In this document: positions 35,724 to 64,000 of the stretch, in pieces
Position numbering within the stretch: the stretch's first letter is position 1
How the letters are laid out: each line of letters starts with the position of its first letter
Assembly (NCBI RefSeq): GCF_009914755.1
Contig: NC_060941.1
Direction: 5' to 3' (one strand)
DNA length: 64,000 nucleotides
Origin: the human T2T-CHM13v2.0 reference genome, Homo sapiens
Notes under the pieces: generated by a model
Database searches by the model: none
What the model was told of the DNA's origin: nothing
What the model saw: the letters and a program-made list of their open reading frames with translations, nothing else
Translations under genes and position numbers: made by a program

Positions 35724-36695
35724 TTATTTGCCTAATACCGAGCTTCGCACCCAGGGGGCACTCGACACCTACTGTAGTTTGGACGCCAAGGAACGATAGG
35801 GTTAGGAGGGGGCTACTGTTCAACCACAAAGCTTGTGGAAAAGTTTGTTAGCCCAGACAATCTTAGGGCAACACCTGGCAGGTGCTTTCCACCCCTGACC
35901 ACAGTGGCCAATGGGACAGAGCCTGAAATAAATATTTCTAGTTTCTGAGGTGAGCTGAAGGCCAAAGAGCAGCTGTCCCTGCAGCTCAAACCATCCAGTG
36001 GAGGAGTAAGGTGCTACTTTTTAAAGCCTTCTGCTACCTACAACCTCCTTAGCCTTTAAAACGTGTGCTTGTCTCTGCACGTTTAGGAGACAATATTAAG
36101 AATTAGAAATGAAAGGGCCGAGCGCGGTGGCTCACGCCTGCAATCCCAGCACTTTGGGAGGCCAGGGCGGGCGGATCACGAGGTCAGGAGATCGAGACCA
36201 TCCTGGCTAACACTGTGAAACCCCATCTCTACTAAAAATACAAAAAATTAGCCAGGCGTGCTGGTGGGCGCCTGTAGTCCAAGCTACTCAGGAGGCTGAG
36301 GCAGGAGAATGGCGTGAACCCGGGAGGCGGAGCTTGCAGTGAGAGATCGCACCACTGCACTCCAGCCTGGGCGACAGACCAAGACTCCGTCTCAGGAAAA
36401 AAAAAAAAAAAAAAAAGAAATTAGAAATGAAGGAAATACAGGCTAAATACTAGCCAAGAGTGCCAGTTATACTGATGGTGGGGCTCTCACAAGAAGGAAA
36501 GTAGCCTCATACTATGGTGATGTTCTGGCCATCACGAAGTAAAAATAGGGGTGGGCTGGTGGGTCCCTCATACCTGGGCTTCCTCTTTTAAGGCTATCAC
36601 TTCAAATTAATCAGAACTCAGATTTACAAGAGAAGACCTATCAAGGGTAGGACACCATTCAGCATCAGTCTCTTAAAGATTGTTCTCATACAAGA

Positions 36696-36701
36696 TTTAT
36701 T
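36696..36701 (-). terminator. RETREG3: RETREG3 poly(A) signal AATAAA (minus strand)
   Basis: TTTATT on the plus strand; implies a ~2.3-kb 3'UTR containing two Alus (~37918-38545). Confidence 0.6.
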
Positions 36702-38203
36702 CCCCAGCACACCCCTCCCCTCCTCAGTTCACAGTGGAGACTATGGAGATTCAGGGCAGGATCCCTCAGGTACAAGAAACACCTTCCGAAGATTTTGCTC
36801 TCCTTCCTTCCCTCCCTCTTGCCAACTCCCAAGGCCTGAAGCGCACACTCATGCAAACACACGAAATCCCCCTCCTTCCCCACACCTCCTGTCTTTCCAC
36901 ATCAGAGCTCTGAACTTGAGAGGTGTCAAAAGTCTGTTTGAGAAGCCTAAAGTGGGGAGATGCCATTACCCCTGACCACCCCACTATGAGTGACTATGAG
37001 ACACCTAACTCTTCCCTCTTCTGTCAACCATTTTCACTCCCTGGCCTCTGTACCTTCTCCATCAACCAAGAGCAAACATGTCAGCACACCCCCACCTGCA
37101 GTACATGAAAACAGGCTCTGTCCAACATCCCTCACCCAAGTACAGGGGTGTTGGGGGAGTGGCCCCTGAGGATCAGCAAAGGGTTAATGCAGAAGGAAAG
37201 AGGACAGAAGCGTTTGGCTTGAGCTCTGCTTGGGGAGGCAGAGGCTATAGACTGGCACAGGTTTAGAATCAAGTACCATGTTTAGGTTTCTGTCTCACAT
37301 CACATGATTTCACTAGGGGCTGCAGAACAGATACCCCTCAGAGGGGTCTCTGCTGATTACAGCCACATTCTTACTATTGGCTCATCCTTAAAGGAGGCCC
37401 CACCAAGTTGGGAAGCAGTTGAAAATAAAAGCTGTAAAGGAGCTGAACAGGAAGTAAGAATAGGTGGTGCAAGAGATTATGGCCCCTGGGATGAATGACA
37501 TGGAGCCATTTGTAAAGTGCTACTGTATCATCCCCCATGAATTATTGCTTCTCCAAAGGAGGAGCAGAGGAAGGAACAGGAACATAGAAATGAGTATGGT
37601 ATTGCTTTGCTCACTGCTGAGGCTGATGGCCAGATGGACCCAGGGGTTATCAGAAACCGAAGATTAACTACACAGCTCCAGAAGACTCAGACCTCAAAAT
37701 ACAGAGGTGCTCACTAATCCTCCCAGCCAGCTGATCCCCCTGGGCCAAGGTAATGTAGAAGAGGCCCATCCCCACATCATATTCACATTTTTTAAATTTC
37801 ACAAGCAATACTTTGGACCACTGGGGTTCAGGCCCCAAGAAATGGTGGGCTAGATGAGAGGGAGCAGGCCTGTTCTGCAAAACCAAAGGACAAGTTTGCT
37901 TTAAAAAAAAAAAAAAATCACGCTGGGCACAGTGGCTCACACCTGTAATCCCAACACTTTGGGTGGCTGAGGCGGGCTGATCATTTGCAGTCAGGAGTTC
38001 TAGACCAGCCTGGCCAGCACGGTGAAACCCCATCTCTACTAAAAACACAAAAAAATTAGCCGGGCATGGTGGTGCATGCCTGTAATCTCAGCTACTGAGG
38101 AGGCTGAGGTAGGAGAATCGCTTGACCCGGCAGGCGGAGGCTGCAGTGAGCCGAGATTGTGCCACTGCACTCCAGCCTGGGCAACAGAGAGAGACTCTGT
38201 CTC

Positions 38204-38238
<35 letters not shown>

Positions 38239-38983
38239 GAAAAAAATCAAATCCTGGTTTAACAAAAGATGACGACTAATCCCAGCACTCTGGGAGGCCA
38301 AGGCAGTCAGCTCACTTGAGGTCAGGAGTTTGAGACCAGCCTGGCCAACATGGTGAAACCCCATTTCTACTAAAAATACCAAAAGAAAAATTAGCCGGGC
38401 ATAGTAGCGGGCACCTGTAATCCCACTACTAAGGAGGCTGAGGCAGGAGAACCTCTTCAACCTGGAAGGCAGACGTTGCAGAAAGCCAAGATCACACCAC
38501 TGCACTCCAGCCTGGGCAACAGAGCGAAACTGTCTCAAAAAAAAAGATGATGACAATGTAACTACTCCAGCTGCTGCCTGACTTTGGGGGCTCTAGAGAG
38601 GCGATGAAAGGAGGAAGGCAGGCATGGGCTCTTTCAGTGAGGGCCCCTGAGCACTCATACCTAAAAGCAAACAGCAGCACCTCCTCAAAGGGGAACCAAT
38701 ATCCCTGACTATTTTGTTCCCCCAAAGTACCATCCTGATGGAGAGAAGCCTCCCTTGGGGGAGCACACTCTCACTTCAGTGACTGAGCTCAGAAATGGGC
38801 ATCCAGCTGGTGGGAGGGGAGTGAGTGTCCTCTCTAAGGAGGCCTCTGAGCATCAGCCAGGCCACCCAGCATACAAATATAATTCAGGGGAGGGGAGCTG
38901 AGTTCTTCCCTTGCCCCATCACCTTAAGTGGGATGGGGAGAAAAAAACCTAAACCACAGTGACTCCCAAAAGGAGTCTCTGCC

Positions 38984-49332
<10,349 letters not shown>

Positions 49333-50011
49333 CTACAGAGGAAGAAAAACAGAAGAAAGATCATTTACCTAGTTATCCTAATTTCAGAAAAGGCCACGTG
49401 TGTACGATGGGCTCTGTGGTAAACAGACTTGAGGTCTAGCTTTTTTTGTTCTGACACTTAACTAGTTATACGCCTAGGGTAAATCATTTAAACCTTCTGG
49501 ACCTTAACTACTCTACCTATGGGGCAGAGAAAATAATTTGCTGCTGTAAAGGCAGAGGACTAAATCAAATAACCTCTTAAAGCTCCTTCAGCTTTCCAGT
49601 CTATATCTCTATTAATTTCACGGAGAAATTCATCCTTGATAACAAGTTGTTATAATGAAAGCAAACATCTTTCTACCAAATTAGACCCTAGTGTAGGGCA
49701 ACAAACTGACAGAGATGCACTCAAGAGCATTTAATTCAATTACATATCTTTTTACAGATCTAGGAACTGAGGCCTGAAAAATATTTGATTAAGGTCACAC
49801 AGAAAGTTGGCATAAAAGCTATATTGAAAAGCAAGTTCTGGCCAGGCACAGTGGCTCAAGCCTGTAATCCCAGCACTTTGGGAGGCTGAGACAGGTGGAT
49901 CACCTGAGGTCGGGAGTTTGAGGCCAGCCTGGCCAACATGGTGAAACTCCGTATCTACCAAAAATACAAAAATTAGCCGGGTGTGGTGGTGTGCACCTGT
50001 AATCCCAGCTA

Positions 50012-50485
<474 letters not shown>

Positions 50486-51448
50486 TAAAGGAAAAGCTAG
50501 TTCTTATTTGAAGGAATCAACCATAAAAAAATTTTGAGGCCAGGCGTGGTGGTTCAAGCCTGTAATCCCAGCACTTTGGGAGGCAGAGGCGGGCAGATCT
50601 TGAGGTCAGGAGATCGAGACCATCCTGGTTAATATGGTGAAACCCTGTCTCTACTAAAAATACAAAAAAATTAGCTGGGCATGGTGGCGGGCGCCTGTAG
50701 TCCCAGCTGCTCGGGAGGCTGAGACGAGAATGGCGTGAACCTGGGAGGCGGAGCTTGCAGTGAGCCAAGATCGCGCCACTGCACTCCAGCCTGGGCAACA
50801 GAGCAAGACTCCGTCTCAAAAAAAAAAAAAAAAAAAAAAATTGAACAATCTGAGAAATCTGACATTGAGAACACATCTAATGATACTAAGGAATTTTTTT
50901 CTTTTAGATGCTAAGTGTTAAGGTAGTTATTTTTTTCAGATCTATTTTGGTTTAATATTAAATGAGGAAATTCAGAAACACAGATTAGTACAGATAGCAT
51001 AAATGCTACACTCTGGGTCATTTTTTCCCTTTTTTCCCCCTAAGTAACATGTGATGTGAACATGAACTATAGAGCCCTGGCCAGGTGTGGTGGCTCATGC
51101 CTGTAATCCCAGCACTTTGGGAGGCTGAGGCAGGCAGACTGCTTGAGCTCAGGAGCTCGAGACAAGCCTCGGCAACATGGGGAAACACCATCTCTAAAAA
51201 CAAATACAAAAAATGAGCTGAGCATGGTGGCGCGCTTGCGGTCCCAGTTACCTGGGGGACTGCGTCACAAGAATTGCTAGCCTCGGAGGTAGAGGTTGCA
51301 GTGAGCGGAGATCGCACCACTGCACCTCCAGCCTGGGTAACGGAGTGAGATTCTGGTCTCAAAAAAACAAATATTGGAGCCAATATGAAAATCATGTATA
51401 GATTAGAACAGAATATAAATAGCATTTCACAGTATTCCGAAAAGACTA

Positions 51449-51791
<343 letters not shown>

Positions 51792-52515
51792 TCACGAGGT
51801 CAGGAGATCGAGACCATCCTGGCTAACTCGTTGAAACCCTATCTCTACTAAAAATACAAAAAATAAAAAAATTAGCCGGGCATGGTGGCAGGTGCCTGTA
51901 GTCCCAGCTACTCGGGAGGCTGAGGCAGGAGAATGGCGTGAACCTGCGAGGCGGAGCTTGCAGTGAGCTGAGATTGCGCTACTGCACTCCAGGCTGGGCG
52001 ACAGAGTGGAACTCCGTCTCAAAATAAATACATACATACATACGTTTATCCGGCTGTACATTTGAATATACATACATAAATGGGGGACTGGCCTAAGGAA
52101 CTTTACGTTTTGTTTGTAGATTTTTTTTTTTACTTTTTTTTTTTTTTTTTTTTGAGACGGAGTTTCACTCTTGTTGCCCAGGCTGGAGTGCAATGGCGCG
52201 ATCTTGGCTCACTGCAACCTCCACCTTCTGGTTGAAGCGATTCTCCTGCCTCAGCCTCCCGAGTAGCTGGGACTACATGCATGCACCACCACGTCCAGCT
52301 AATTTTTTTTGTATTTTTAGTAGAGACGGGGTTTCACCATGTTGGCCAGGATGGTCTCGATCTCTTGACCTCGTGATCTGCCTGCCTCAGCCTCCCAAAG
52401 TGCTGGGATTACAGGCATGAGCCACTGCGCCTGGCCTTTTGTACTTTTTTTTTGAGACGGAATTTTTTGAGACACCATATTGGCTAGGCTGGTCTTGAAC
52501 TCCCTGACCTCGTGA

Positions 52516-52732
<217 letters not shown>

Positions 52733-53189
52733 TAATTTTTAAAAATAACATTTTAAAATCATACAAAGAATGAGGGATGGACGGGAACAAGAACTCAGAA
52801 ATCCAGTCACCAATGACAACCCTATTTCTTTCTTTCTTTTTTTTTTTTTTTTTTGAGACGGAGTCTCTCTCTTGGTCGCCCAGGCTGGAGTGCAATGGCA
52901 TGATCTCCGCTCACTGAAACCTCCACCTCCCAGATTCAAGAGATTGATTCTCCCTGCCTCAGCGCGCTGAGGCAGGAGGATTGGTTGGTTAAGTCCAGGA
53001 GGTTGAGGCAGCAGTGAACGTGTTCACGCCACTGCACCCCAGGCTGGGAAACAGGGCAAGGCCCTGTCTAAGAAAAAAAAAAAATCATTAAGAAAAAATA
53101 GATTGTGAGCCTACAGTAGGTAGAAGGAGTAACAGGCTATCACAGTCCCCAAACTGAATAATTCATGTGTGAATTTCCAGAGTTGACTA

Positions 53190-53375
<186 letters not shown>

Positions 53376-53528
53376 TTAAAAAAAAAAAAAAATTAGCCAG
53401 GTATGGTGATGCAAACCTGTAGTCTCAGCTACTCAGGAGGCTTGCTTGAGCCTGAAAGGTTGAGGCCCCAGTGAGCCGTGGTTGTGCCACTGCACTCCAG
53501 CCTGGCTGACAAATCTGAGACCCTTTCT

Positions 53529-53566
<38 letters not shown>

Positions 53567-54057
53567 AATAAAAATGTTTTAGTTTTTTTCTTATTACACT
53601 GTTTTATCTGCTTGTGAGTTTTTTGGCCCGCATGAATAGACATTGCAGGACTAAACGAATGCAGAGGAATCCTCCCTTTTTTTCCTCCATTCCTTACCCA
53701 TACCATCTCTAAAGTACTTCATCTTCAATTACATCTTGTCCATCCACATAGTTGCAAAGCTTGTTTTACCGCTTGACTTCTAGGTTACATCTCTAAAATG
53801 ACAAGTATAATGTGACCTTATTATATACAAAATACATCAATCTGATGTTGATACTCCCTTTTATTTAGGAATTTTGTGTTGAGGGCTGGAAGGAAAGGAG
53901 AAGCACACACTTATCTATACCATTTTATATTTGATAAACCTGTAAGAGAACATTAATATTAATTACCTGGTTACCTTGGAGGGGTCAACTCTAGTTCTTT
54001 GAGGTGATCTGTCTATTAAGTTTTGCTGTTTGGAAGAATTTTTTTTTTTTTTTTTGA

Positions 54058-54201
<144 letters not shown>

Positions 54202-54250
54202 TAATTTTTAAATTTTTTAAATAGAGACAAGGTTTCACCATGTTGGCTAG

Positions 54251-54558
<308 letters not shown>

Positions 54559-54659
54559 TAGCCAGGATGATCTCGATCTCCTGACCTTGTGATCCACCCA
54601 CCTCGGCATCCCAAAGTGCTGGGATTACAGGAATGAGCCACCGCGCCCAGCCAGAATCT

Positions 54660-54663
<4 letters not shown>

Positions 54664-54706
<43 letters not shown>

Positions 54707-54739
54707 TTCGTATATATATTTTTGTGTATATATATATTT

Positions 54740-54789
<50 letters not shown>

Positions 54790-54794
54790 TTTTT
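54664..54794. repeat. Compound (TG)n(TA)n(T)n microsatellite in an Alu tail
   Basis: Directly visible dinucleotide runs. Confidence 0.95.
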
Positions 54795-54918
54795 GAGACA
54801 GAGTCTCACTCTGTCACCCAGGCTAGAGTGCAGTGGCACAGATCTCCACTCACTTCAACCTCCGCCTCCAGGGTTCAAGTAATACTCCTGCCTCAGCCTC
54901 CTGAGTAGCTGGGGTTAA

Positions 54919-55333
<415 letters not shown>

Positions 55334-56686
55334 TAGCTAGGATTGTCTCGATCTCCTGACCTCATGATCCACCCGCCTCAGCCTCCCAAAGTGCTGGGAT
55401 TACAGACGTGAGCCACCGCACCCGGCCTCTTCCTCTGAAGTTATTATTGTGGCTTGTTCCAAAAAAAGATAAATCTGGGACTAAAATTGATTTATGGACA
55501 AGGATTAATCTTGTTATGGAAGATGCTCACAATTTTAGCCTTCAAGACCCAGAAAATATACCCTTTATGAAACTATTGGCTTATCTTCATCTGCAGGATG
55601 AAATCCCATTACCCCGTCATAAAAGGGCCTTCATGATCTGGATCCTGCCTCTCTCCCCACACTGATTCCCTCCCTTTGTTTTTTATATTTCAGTTTTATC
55701 AAACTACTTGCAATTCCTTAAGTATCTTACTAGATTGGTGTTTTCCCTATCTGAATGTCTTCTCTCTCTTACCACATCTTTCGGCCCCATTTCCTTAACA
55801 TTTATCTTGCAAATCACAGCTTAGATATCTTCCTGTTTGTTATTATTACCTGTCACGTTATATCGTGAACACAAACACACATGAATTTACTTGAGAGTAA
55901 AGTTTGTGTCTTATTTTTTTCTGTAACTGGGCTTCTTACCACAAGGCCTTGGCATGTAACAGGTACTCAAAGGTATGTTGAATTGAATTGAAGCATAGCT
56001 TATAAGAATGGAAGGTAAGGGCTGTAACAAGCAATTTAAATAGTCCAGGTCTTAGAAAACAGTCTTTTTTTTTTAATGTTTACCAGTTTATTATAAGGGA
56101 TATGTTTTTATTGCCATCATCTCTGGAAAACCAACCTTCTTAGGAGAGCTTAATATCCTTTCCCTACCCTAGTTTCTATTTGTGTTAGTAATCGTGCTCT
56201 GGGAAGGGGAAATTGCCAACAGTCTGGCAAGCCTCCCTAGAGAGCCCTTTCAAGTACTCTGGAGAAAACAGCGATGCCATGTGCTGCTGCTGGGGAAGGG
56301 AAGCAGCAGCACTGGGGAGCAAGAAACCCTAGAGCTCTTCTCCTTGGCCTTGTTAAATGTGCTTGTTTGTTGGGATGATGCACTGGCTTTAGAGAGAAGA
56401 TCAATGGCCTGAGGCAGCTCTAGAGGCTTATTTCTGTTAAACTGCTTTTATTCTTTAATCTTACATATAGTCACAGTATCCTTTAGGTGGTAGGCTGGAA
56501 AAATTGAAATAGGGTTGTTGGCTGGGCACAGTGGCTCATGCCTATAATCCCAGCACTTTGGGAGCCTTAGGTGGGTGGATAACCTGAGATCGGGAGTTTG
56601 AGACCAGCCTAGCTAACATGGAGAAACTCCATGTCTATTAAAAATACAAAATTAGCCGGGCGTGGTGGTGTATGCCTGTAATCTCA

Positions 56687-56826
<140 letters not shown>

Positions 56827-56829
56827 CTA

Positions 56830-57179
<350 letters not shown>

Positions 57180-58124
57180 CTAACAAATTGGTTTGTGGGG
57201 AAAAAAAGAGTTTAAAAAAAAAACAACAAATAAAACCACACACAACAGGCCACATGTGGTACCTAAAGCCTGTAATCCCAATACTTTGGGAGGCCGAGGC
57301 AGGAGGATCACTTGAGTCAAAGAGTTTGAGACCAGCTTAGGCAACACAGCAAGACCTCATCTCTACTGAAAAGAAAAACATTAGCTAGGTGTGGTGGTGC
57401 ACGCTTGTACTCCCATTTACTTGGGAAGCTGAGGTGGGAGGATTGCTAGAGCCAGAAGGTTGAGGTTGCAGTGAGCTCTGATTGTGCCACTGCACTCCAG
57501 CTTGGGAGACAGAGCAAGACCCTGTCTCGAAAAGAAAAAAAAAAGTATCATTTATGACATTTATAAGAAAATTGGAAATGTGAACACTGACTAGAATCAT
57601 TAATTTTTTGCATGTGATAATGATGGCAGATGTTTCTTAAAGTCTCTTTTTCAGAAAAATATACTGAAATACCTAGATTAAATGATATGACACATCAATA
57701 ATTTGTGTCAAACAATAAGGAAGACGTAGAAAAGAACTGGGGTATGGAAGACACAAAATTGGCCAGGAATTGAAAAAAATAATATTATGTACATGGTGGC
57801 ACACAATATTATTCTGCCTACTTACACATGTTTTAAGCTTTCCATAATAAAATATTTTTAAAATGATCCATTATCCACATATGTACTCTAAAAAGTGTGA
57901 AGACAGGCTATTCTCTTCATTAAAAAATTCACATATAAAAACACTATGGTTTTAAAACTTTTTCACATAATACATAGACAATTAGCCTGATGTGGTGATG
58001 AACTCCTGTGGTCTCATCAGCCATGAGGTGGAATGATCACTTGAGCTCAGGAGTTCCAGGGTACAGTGAGCCATGATCACACCACTGCAATCTAGCCTGG
58101 GTGACAGAGTGAAACCTTCTCTCA

Positions 58125-58453
<329 letters not shown>

Positions 58454-58500
58454 TCAAGCCTGTAATCCCAACACTTTGGGAGGCTGAGGCAGGCAGATCA

Positions 58501-58760
<260 letters not shown>

Positions 58761-58799
58761 CTAAGAAGGTTCCAACTTTTTTTTTTTTTTTTTTTTTGA

Positions 58800-59000
<201 letters not shown>

Positions 59001-59262
59001 TGAATTCCCGACCTTAGGTGACCTGCCTGCCTCGGCCTCCCAAAGTGCTGAGAATTATAGGCATGAGCCACTGCGCCCAGCCAAAAGTTTCCAATTTTTT
59101 GATGTAATAAAAGCTGAACTATACATCACTGAGCATGTTACTGGGTCAAAGGCATTAACTATTTTAAACAAATAGCTTTATTGGTCGGGCACCGTAGCTC
59201 ACACCTGTAATCCCAGCCTTTGGGAGGCCGAGGCAGGTGGGTCACTTGAGGTCAAGAGTTCA

Positions 59263-59533
<271 letters not shown>

Positions 59534-59806
59534 TCATCTGCCAGCAGCAGAGATGAAAAAAAAATCACAATGCTGTACGACTAATAGCCTTATGTAATTT
59601 CAGAACATTTTCATCACTCCAAAAGAAACCCATACCCATTAGTATTCTTTCTCCATTTCCCCCAGCCCTGGAAAAGCTTCTTAAGTGGCTTAAAATATGT
59701 TACCAAACTACTTGCTAGAAAGGCTGTCCAATTTATGTTCCTATCAGCCATATGCCCATTTTTCCATATTTTCCCCAGAATTAATTATGATCATTAAAAA
59801 TACTTA

Positions 59807-60043
<237 letters not shown>

Positions 60044-60937
60044 TCACACCACTGCTCTCGAGCCTGGGCGACAGTGAGATCCTGTCCCCCGCCAAAAAAA
60101 AAACTTAAGATAGAAATTAGTAAATAATTTCCATTTACATATATTTGAATTCTTTTCTTATTTGTGAGAGTGAAATTTTATATATCCATTGATTTTTTTT
60201 TCCCCTTTTGTGAACTGTCCCTCCACTCTGTCAGGGACTAAAATCCAATTAAATGATCAGTCTAAATAAAATATCCCTGGAATAGCAATTGGTGTCCAGA
60301 AACATCGTGAGAAATTCCAGAACCAAACATAAACTTTTGTGATTAACTATACCATGGAGCCTCACTATTAGTACCAGTAAATTAAAGTTTGCTATAATCA
60401 TAAATAATGACCACATGTCTATTTTCAAAGACATGATTTCTAGGTTCCTTTGTTATTACAGATTAAGATTGTCTCAAGGGCACTTCAAAACAAAGCATCC
60501 CATTCTACAGGGACAGAAAGCCTGTTACTGTACAGCACTTGTGACCGCCTGGTTAATGAGCCCAAGTCACCGGTAAATTCAAAGGAAAAATTAACCCAAC
60601 CTATATCATGCAGTGACAGTTGTTGCTTGCAAAAAAACCAGAAATGAAATCAGCTAGCTGCTAACAGTGGAGAGAAAGCACTCAACCATACAATTAGGGC
60701 AGATAAAAACTAAAGGTAAAGAGAGGGGAAGTAAATAAACCAAGGCATCCTTGGGAGTCTTCTCGGCTCACAAAGACAAGAACCCTGCAAAGACTATCAT
60801 CAGGAACATTCACTCAACAGATTTCATTAGAAATCTGATGTGTAGCCGGGCGCGGTGGCTCACGCCTGTAATCCCAGCACTTTGGGAGACCGAGGCGGGC
60901 GGATCACGAGGTCAGGAGATTGAGACCATCCTGGCTA

Positions 60938-61166
<229 letters not shown>

Positions 61167-61697
61167 TTAACAGAACAAATATCTCTACTTAAATGGGCTC
61201 CCCATCTTCCATTTCTTGTTTCTATTATTTTTTACTCAAATCCTAACCTTCTAACTCAGAATTGCTGTATATCCTTAATCACTTTTTTGGGTCATTTTTA
61301 TTTATTTATTTTTTTGGGGGGGCGGACAAAAATAAAATTTTTACATTTCATTTGTGAAATAACAAATTCTATAATAACCTCCTAGAAATACAGTATGGTT
61401 CACTGAGACTAGTGACTGCAAAAAGCAGATCCCAACAGAGATCTCTACTTGGGACTCAGCTTGTGGACTGCTCCAAAACAATATTCCTAATTCATAGACT
61501 ATGTAGATTCACAGATTGTTAAAAACCACAAAGCAGTCAAGGTGCAGTGGGTCATGCCTGTAATCCTAGCACTTTAGGAGACCAAGCCGGGAGGGCTGTT
61601 AGAGATGAGGAGTTTGAGACCAGCCTGGGCAACATATTGAGATTCTGTCTCTACAAAAGTTTTGCAAATAGGCTGGGCCCAGTGGCATGTGCCTCTA

Positions 61698-61883
<186 letters not shown>

Positions 61884-62850
61884 TTATGTAGGCCTCCTTG
61901 AACTATCTCTTCATGTTAGGTGGGAGAGGGAGCTTGGAGTTCACACATTTCCAGTGTTCATTTACCCTCCTCTGATCTCAGAGTACAAGTCAAACCAAAA
62001 AGTTACCCAAACCTGTTCTTTTCTGATCCTGTCAGGATACATGCTTGTTGACTCTCACATTCTTCCCCCAAATCACTCATTCACAGATGAGGTTGAGACT
62101 AATGAAAACACAAGCTATTGGAAGGAACGGCCTGACATTTCTATTATTATGCTAGAGACAATAACAGATCAGTGACCAGAAGTAATCTAGGCTGGAAGAC
62201 CTCTGATATGGCCACCATAAATTCTCTGGTACCTGAAAAAAAAAAAAGTATGAAAACCTTGGAATACTATGGTGACAAGGTATCTACATCTATCTCCATC
62301 TTTTTTTTTTTTTTTTAAGATGTAAGAGGGCATATTCACAGTTACGGCAAAATATGACTGAGGATACAAAACACTGAAAATTAAGAGCTACCTACCTGAA
62401 TTCTGATGGGTTTTTTTTGTACTCCTATCTCCTAATACCTCAAAATGCATAAAAATCTCAGTTAATGATATGTCATTTTTGTCCCATTATTCAATACAAT
62501 AAAAGAGAAACTAAATATTTCAGATTTGATTTTTCTGACTTGAGCTAATGATCCTCCTCCCTTTCTTAAACATTTAAAATGTTTGTTAACTGAACAGTCA
62601 GTCACTCTTCCACATTTCTAAGCGAAATGTCAACACTCATACTCAATATGACACTACTAGAATGTGAAGCCCAAATTTCATTTTAAATCTCTAATTACCT
62701 ACCAAGGAAGCTCATTTCCCCAAACAATTCTGTGAACTCCAATGCCAGACTATCCAAGTTTCTGGGGACTTAACAGTATCTGTGCCTTTCACATGTAGGA
62801 GTCCTCTCCAGAAATGGCATACCCAACTGTTCTTTTAGTCTCAAGAGTCA

Positions 62851-63197
<347 letters not shown>

Positions 63198-63516
63198 TTA
63201 AAATGTGATGGGACTGTAACAAGAGTAACTGTGTTCTGGATACACAACAGACAAGCTACTAGGAAATGCCAAAGATAAAGACCAATCACAGCAATGCTTT
63301 AAGAGACCCAGAGTACAAAAGGGGTTCTAAGTGAGCCTCTAAACATAGCATGTTAATAAGCTTAAGTAAACACTGGTAGAGGCCAGCAAATTAAAGCTAG
63401 CTGTAACATCTAAAGATATGTCCCAGTCACAGCAGCTCTTTATGTGCAGACCTCAACCTCACATTCTGCTTCAGAAACCTCTCTCAGACAAGCGGCAGAA
63501 GAAAGGTCCCCTCCTC

Positions 63517-63784
<268 letters not shown>

Positions 63785-64000
63785 TCAAAAAGAACAGCAT
63801 ACATGCTACTAATTCATTTGCATTCATAAATCTTTGGTTTAAAAATCCATTTAAGGCCCGGTACAGTGCAGTGGCTCACACCTGTAATCCCAGCACATCG
63901 GGAGGCTGAGACAGGTGGATTGCTTTGAGGTCAGGAGTTTGAGACGAGCCTGGGCAACCTGGCAAAACTGTCTCTACAAAAAAATACAAAAATTAGCCAG

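Noticed and set aside
56065-56102. Poly-T plus TTTATT resembling the 3' end of a retrocopy
   Set aside because: No TSD or recognisable parent; tttaccagtttattataagggatat also resembles an LTR (MER21-like) internal motif.

Overview
Human (Alu-rich primate) genomic DNA from 17q21.2. In order: the last exon of NAGLU (+); a ~6.2-kb tandem duplication carrying the pseudogene HSD17B1P1 (copy 1, ~2878-9070) and HSD17B1 (copy 2, ~9071-15320); COASY (+); MLX (+); PSMC3IP/HOP2 (-, 3' end overlapping MLX); and RETREG3/FAM134C (-, exons 2-9, with exon 1 beyond the window and a very Alu-dense intron 1). I reconstructed exon structures by hand from splice signals; they give the expected protein lengths (HSD17B1 328, COASY 564, MLX-beta 244, PSMC3IP 217 aa). 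I see no wholly new gene system. The most interesting signal is HSD17B1P1: intact splice sites and frame, a single nonsense codon, and strongly amino-acid-biased divergence in the substrate-binding exon 5, inside a patchwork of near-identical (gene-converted) blocks. This suggests a formerly functional, diverged steroid dehydrogenase paralogue. Other points: a duplication junction joining opposite-orientation Alus, an LTR-borne DR5 retinoic-acid element, an MLX poly(A) signal that is also a PSMC3IP polypyrimidine tract, and a zero-spacer inverted-Alu palindrome. Repeat subfamily calls are by eye and need RepeatMasker/Dfam confirmation.
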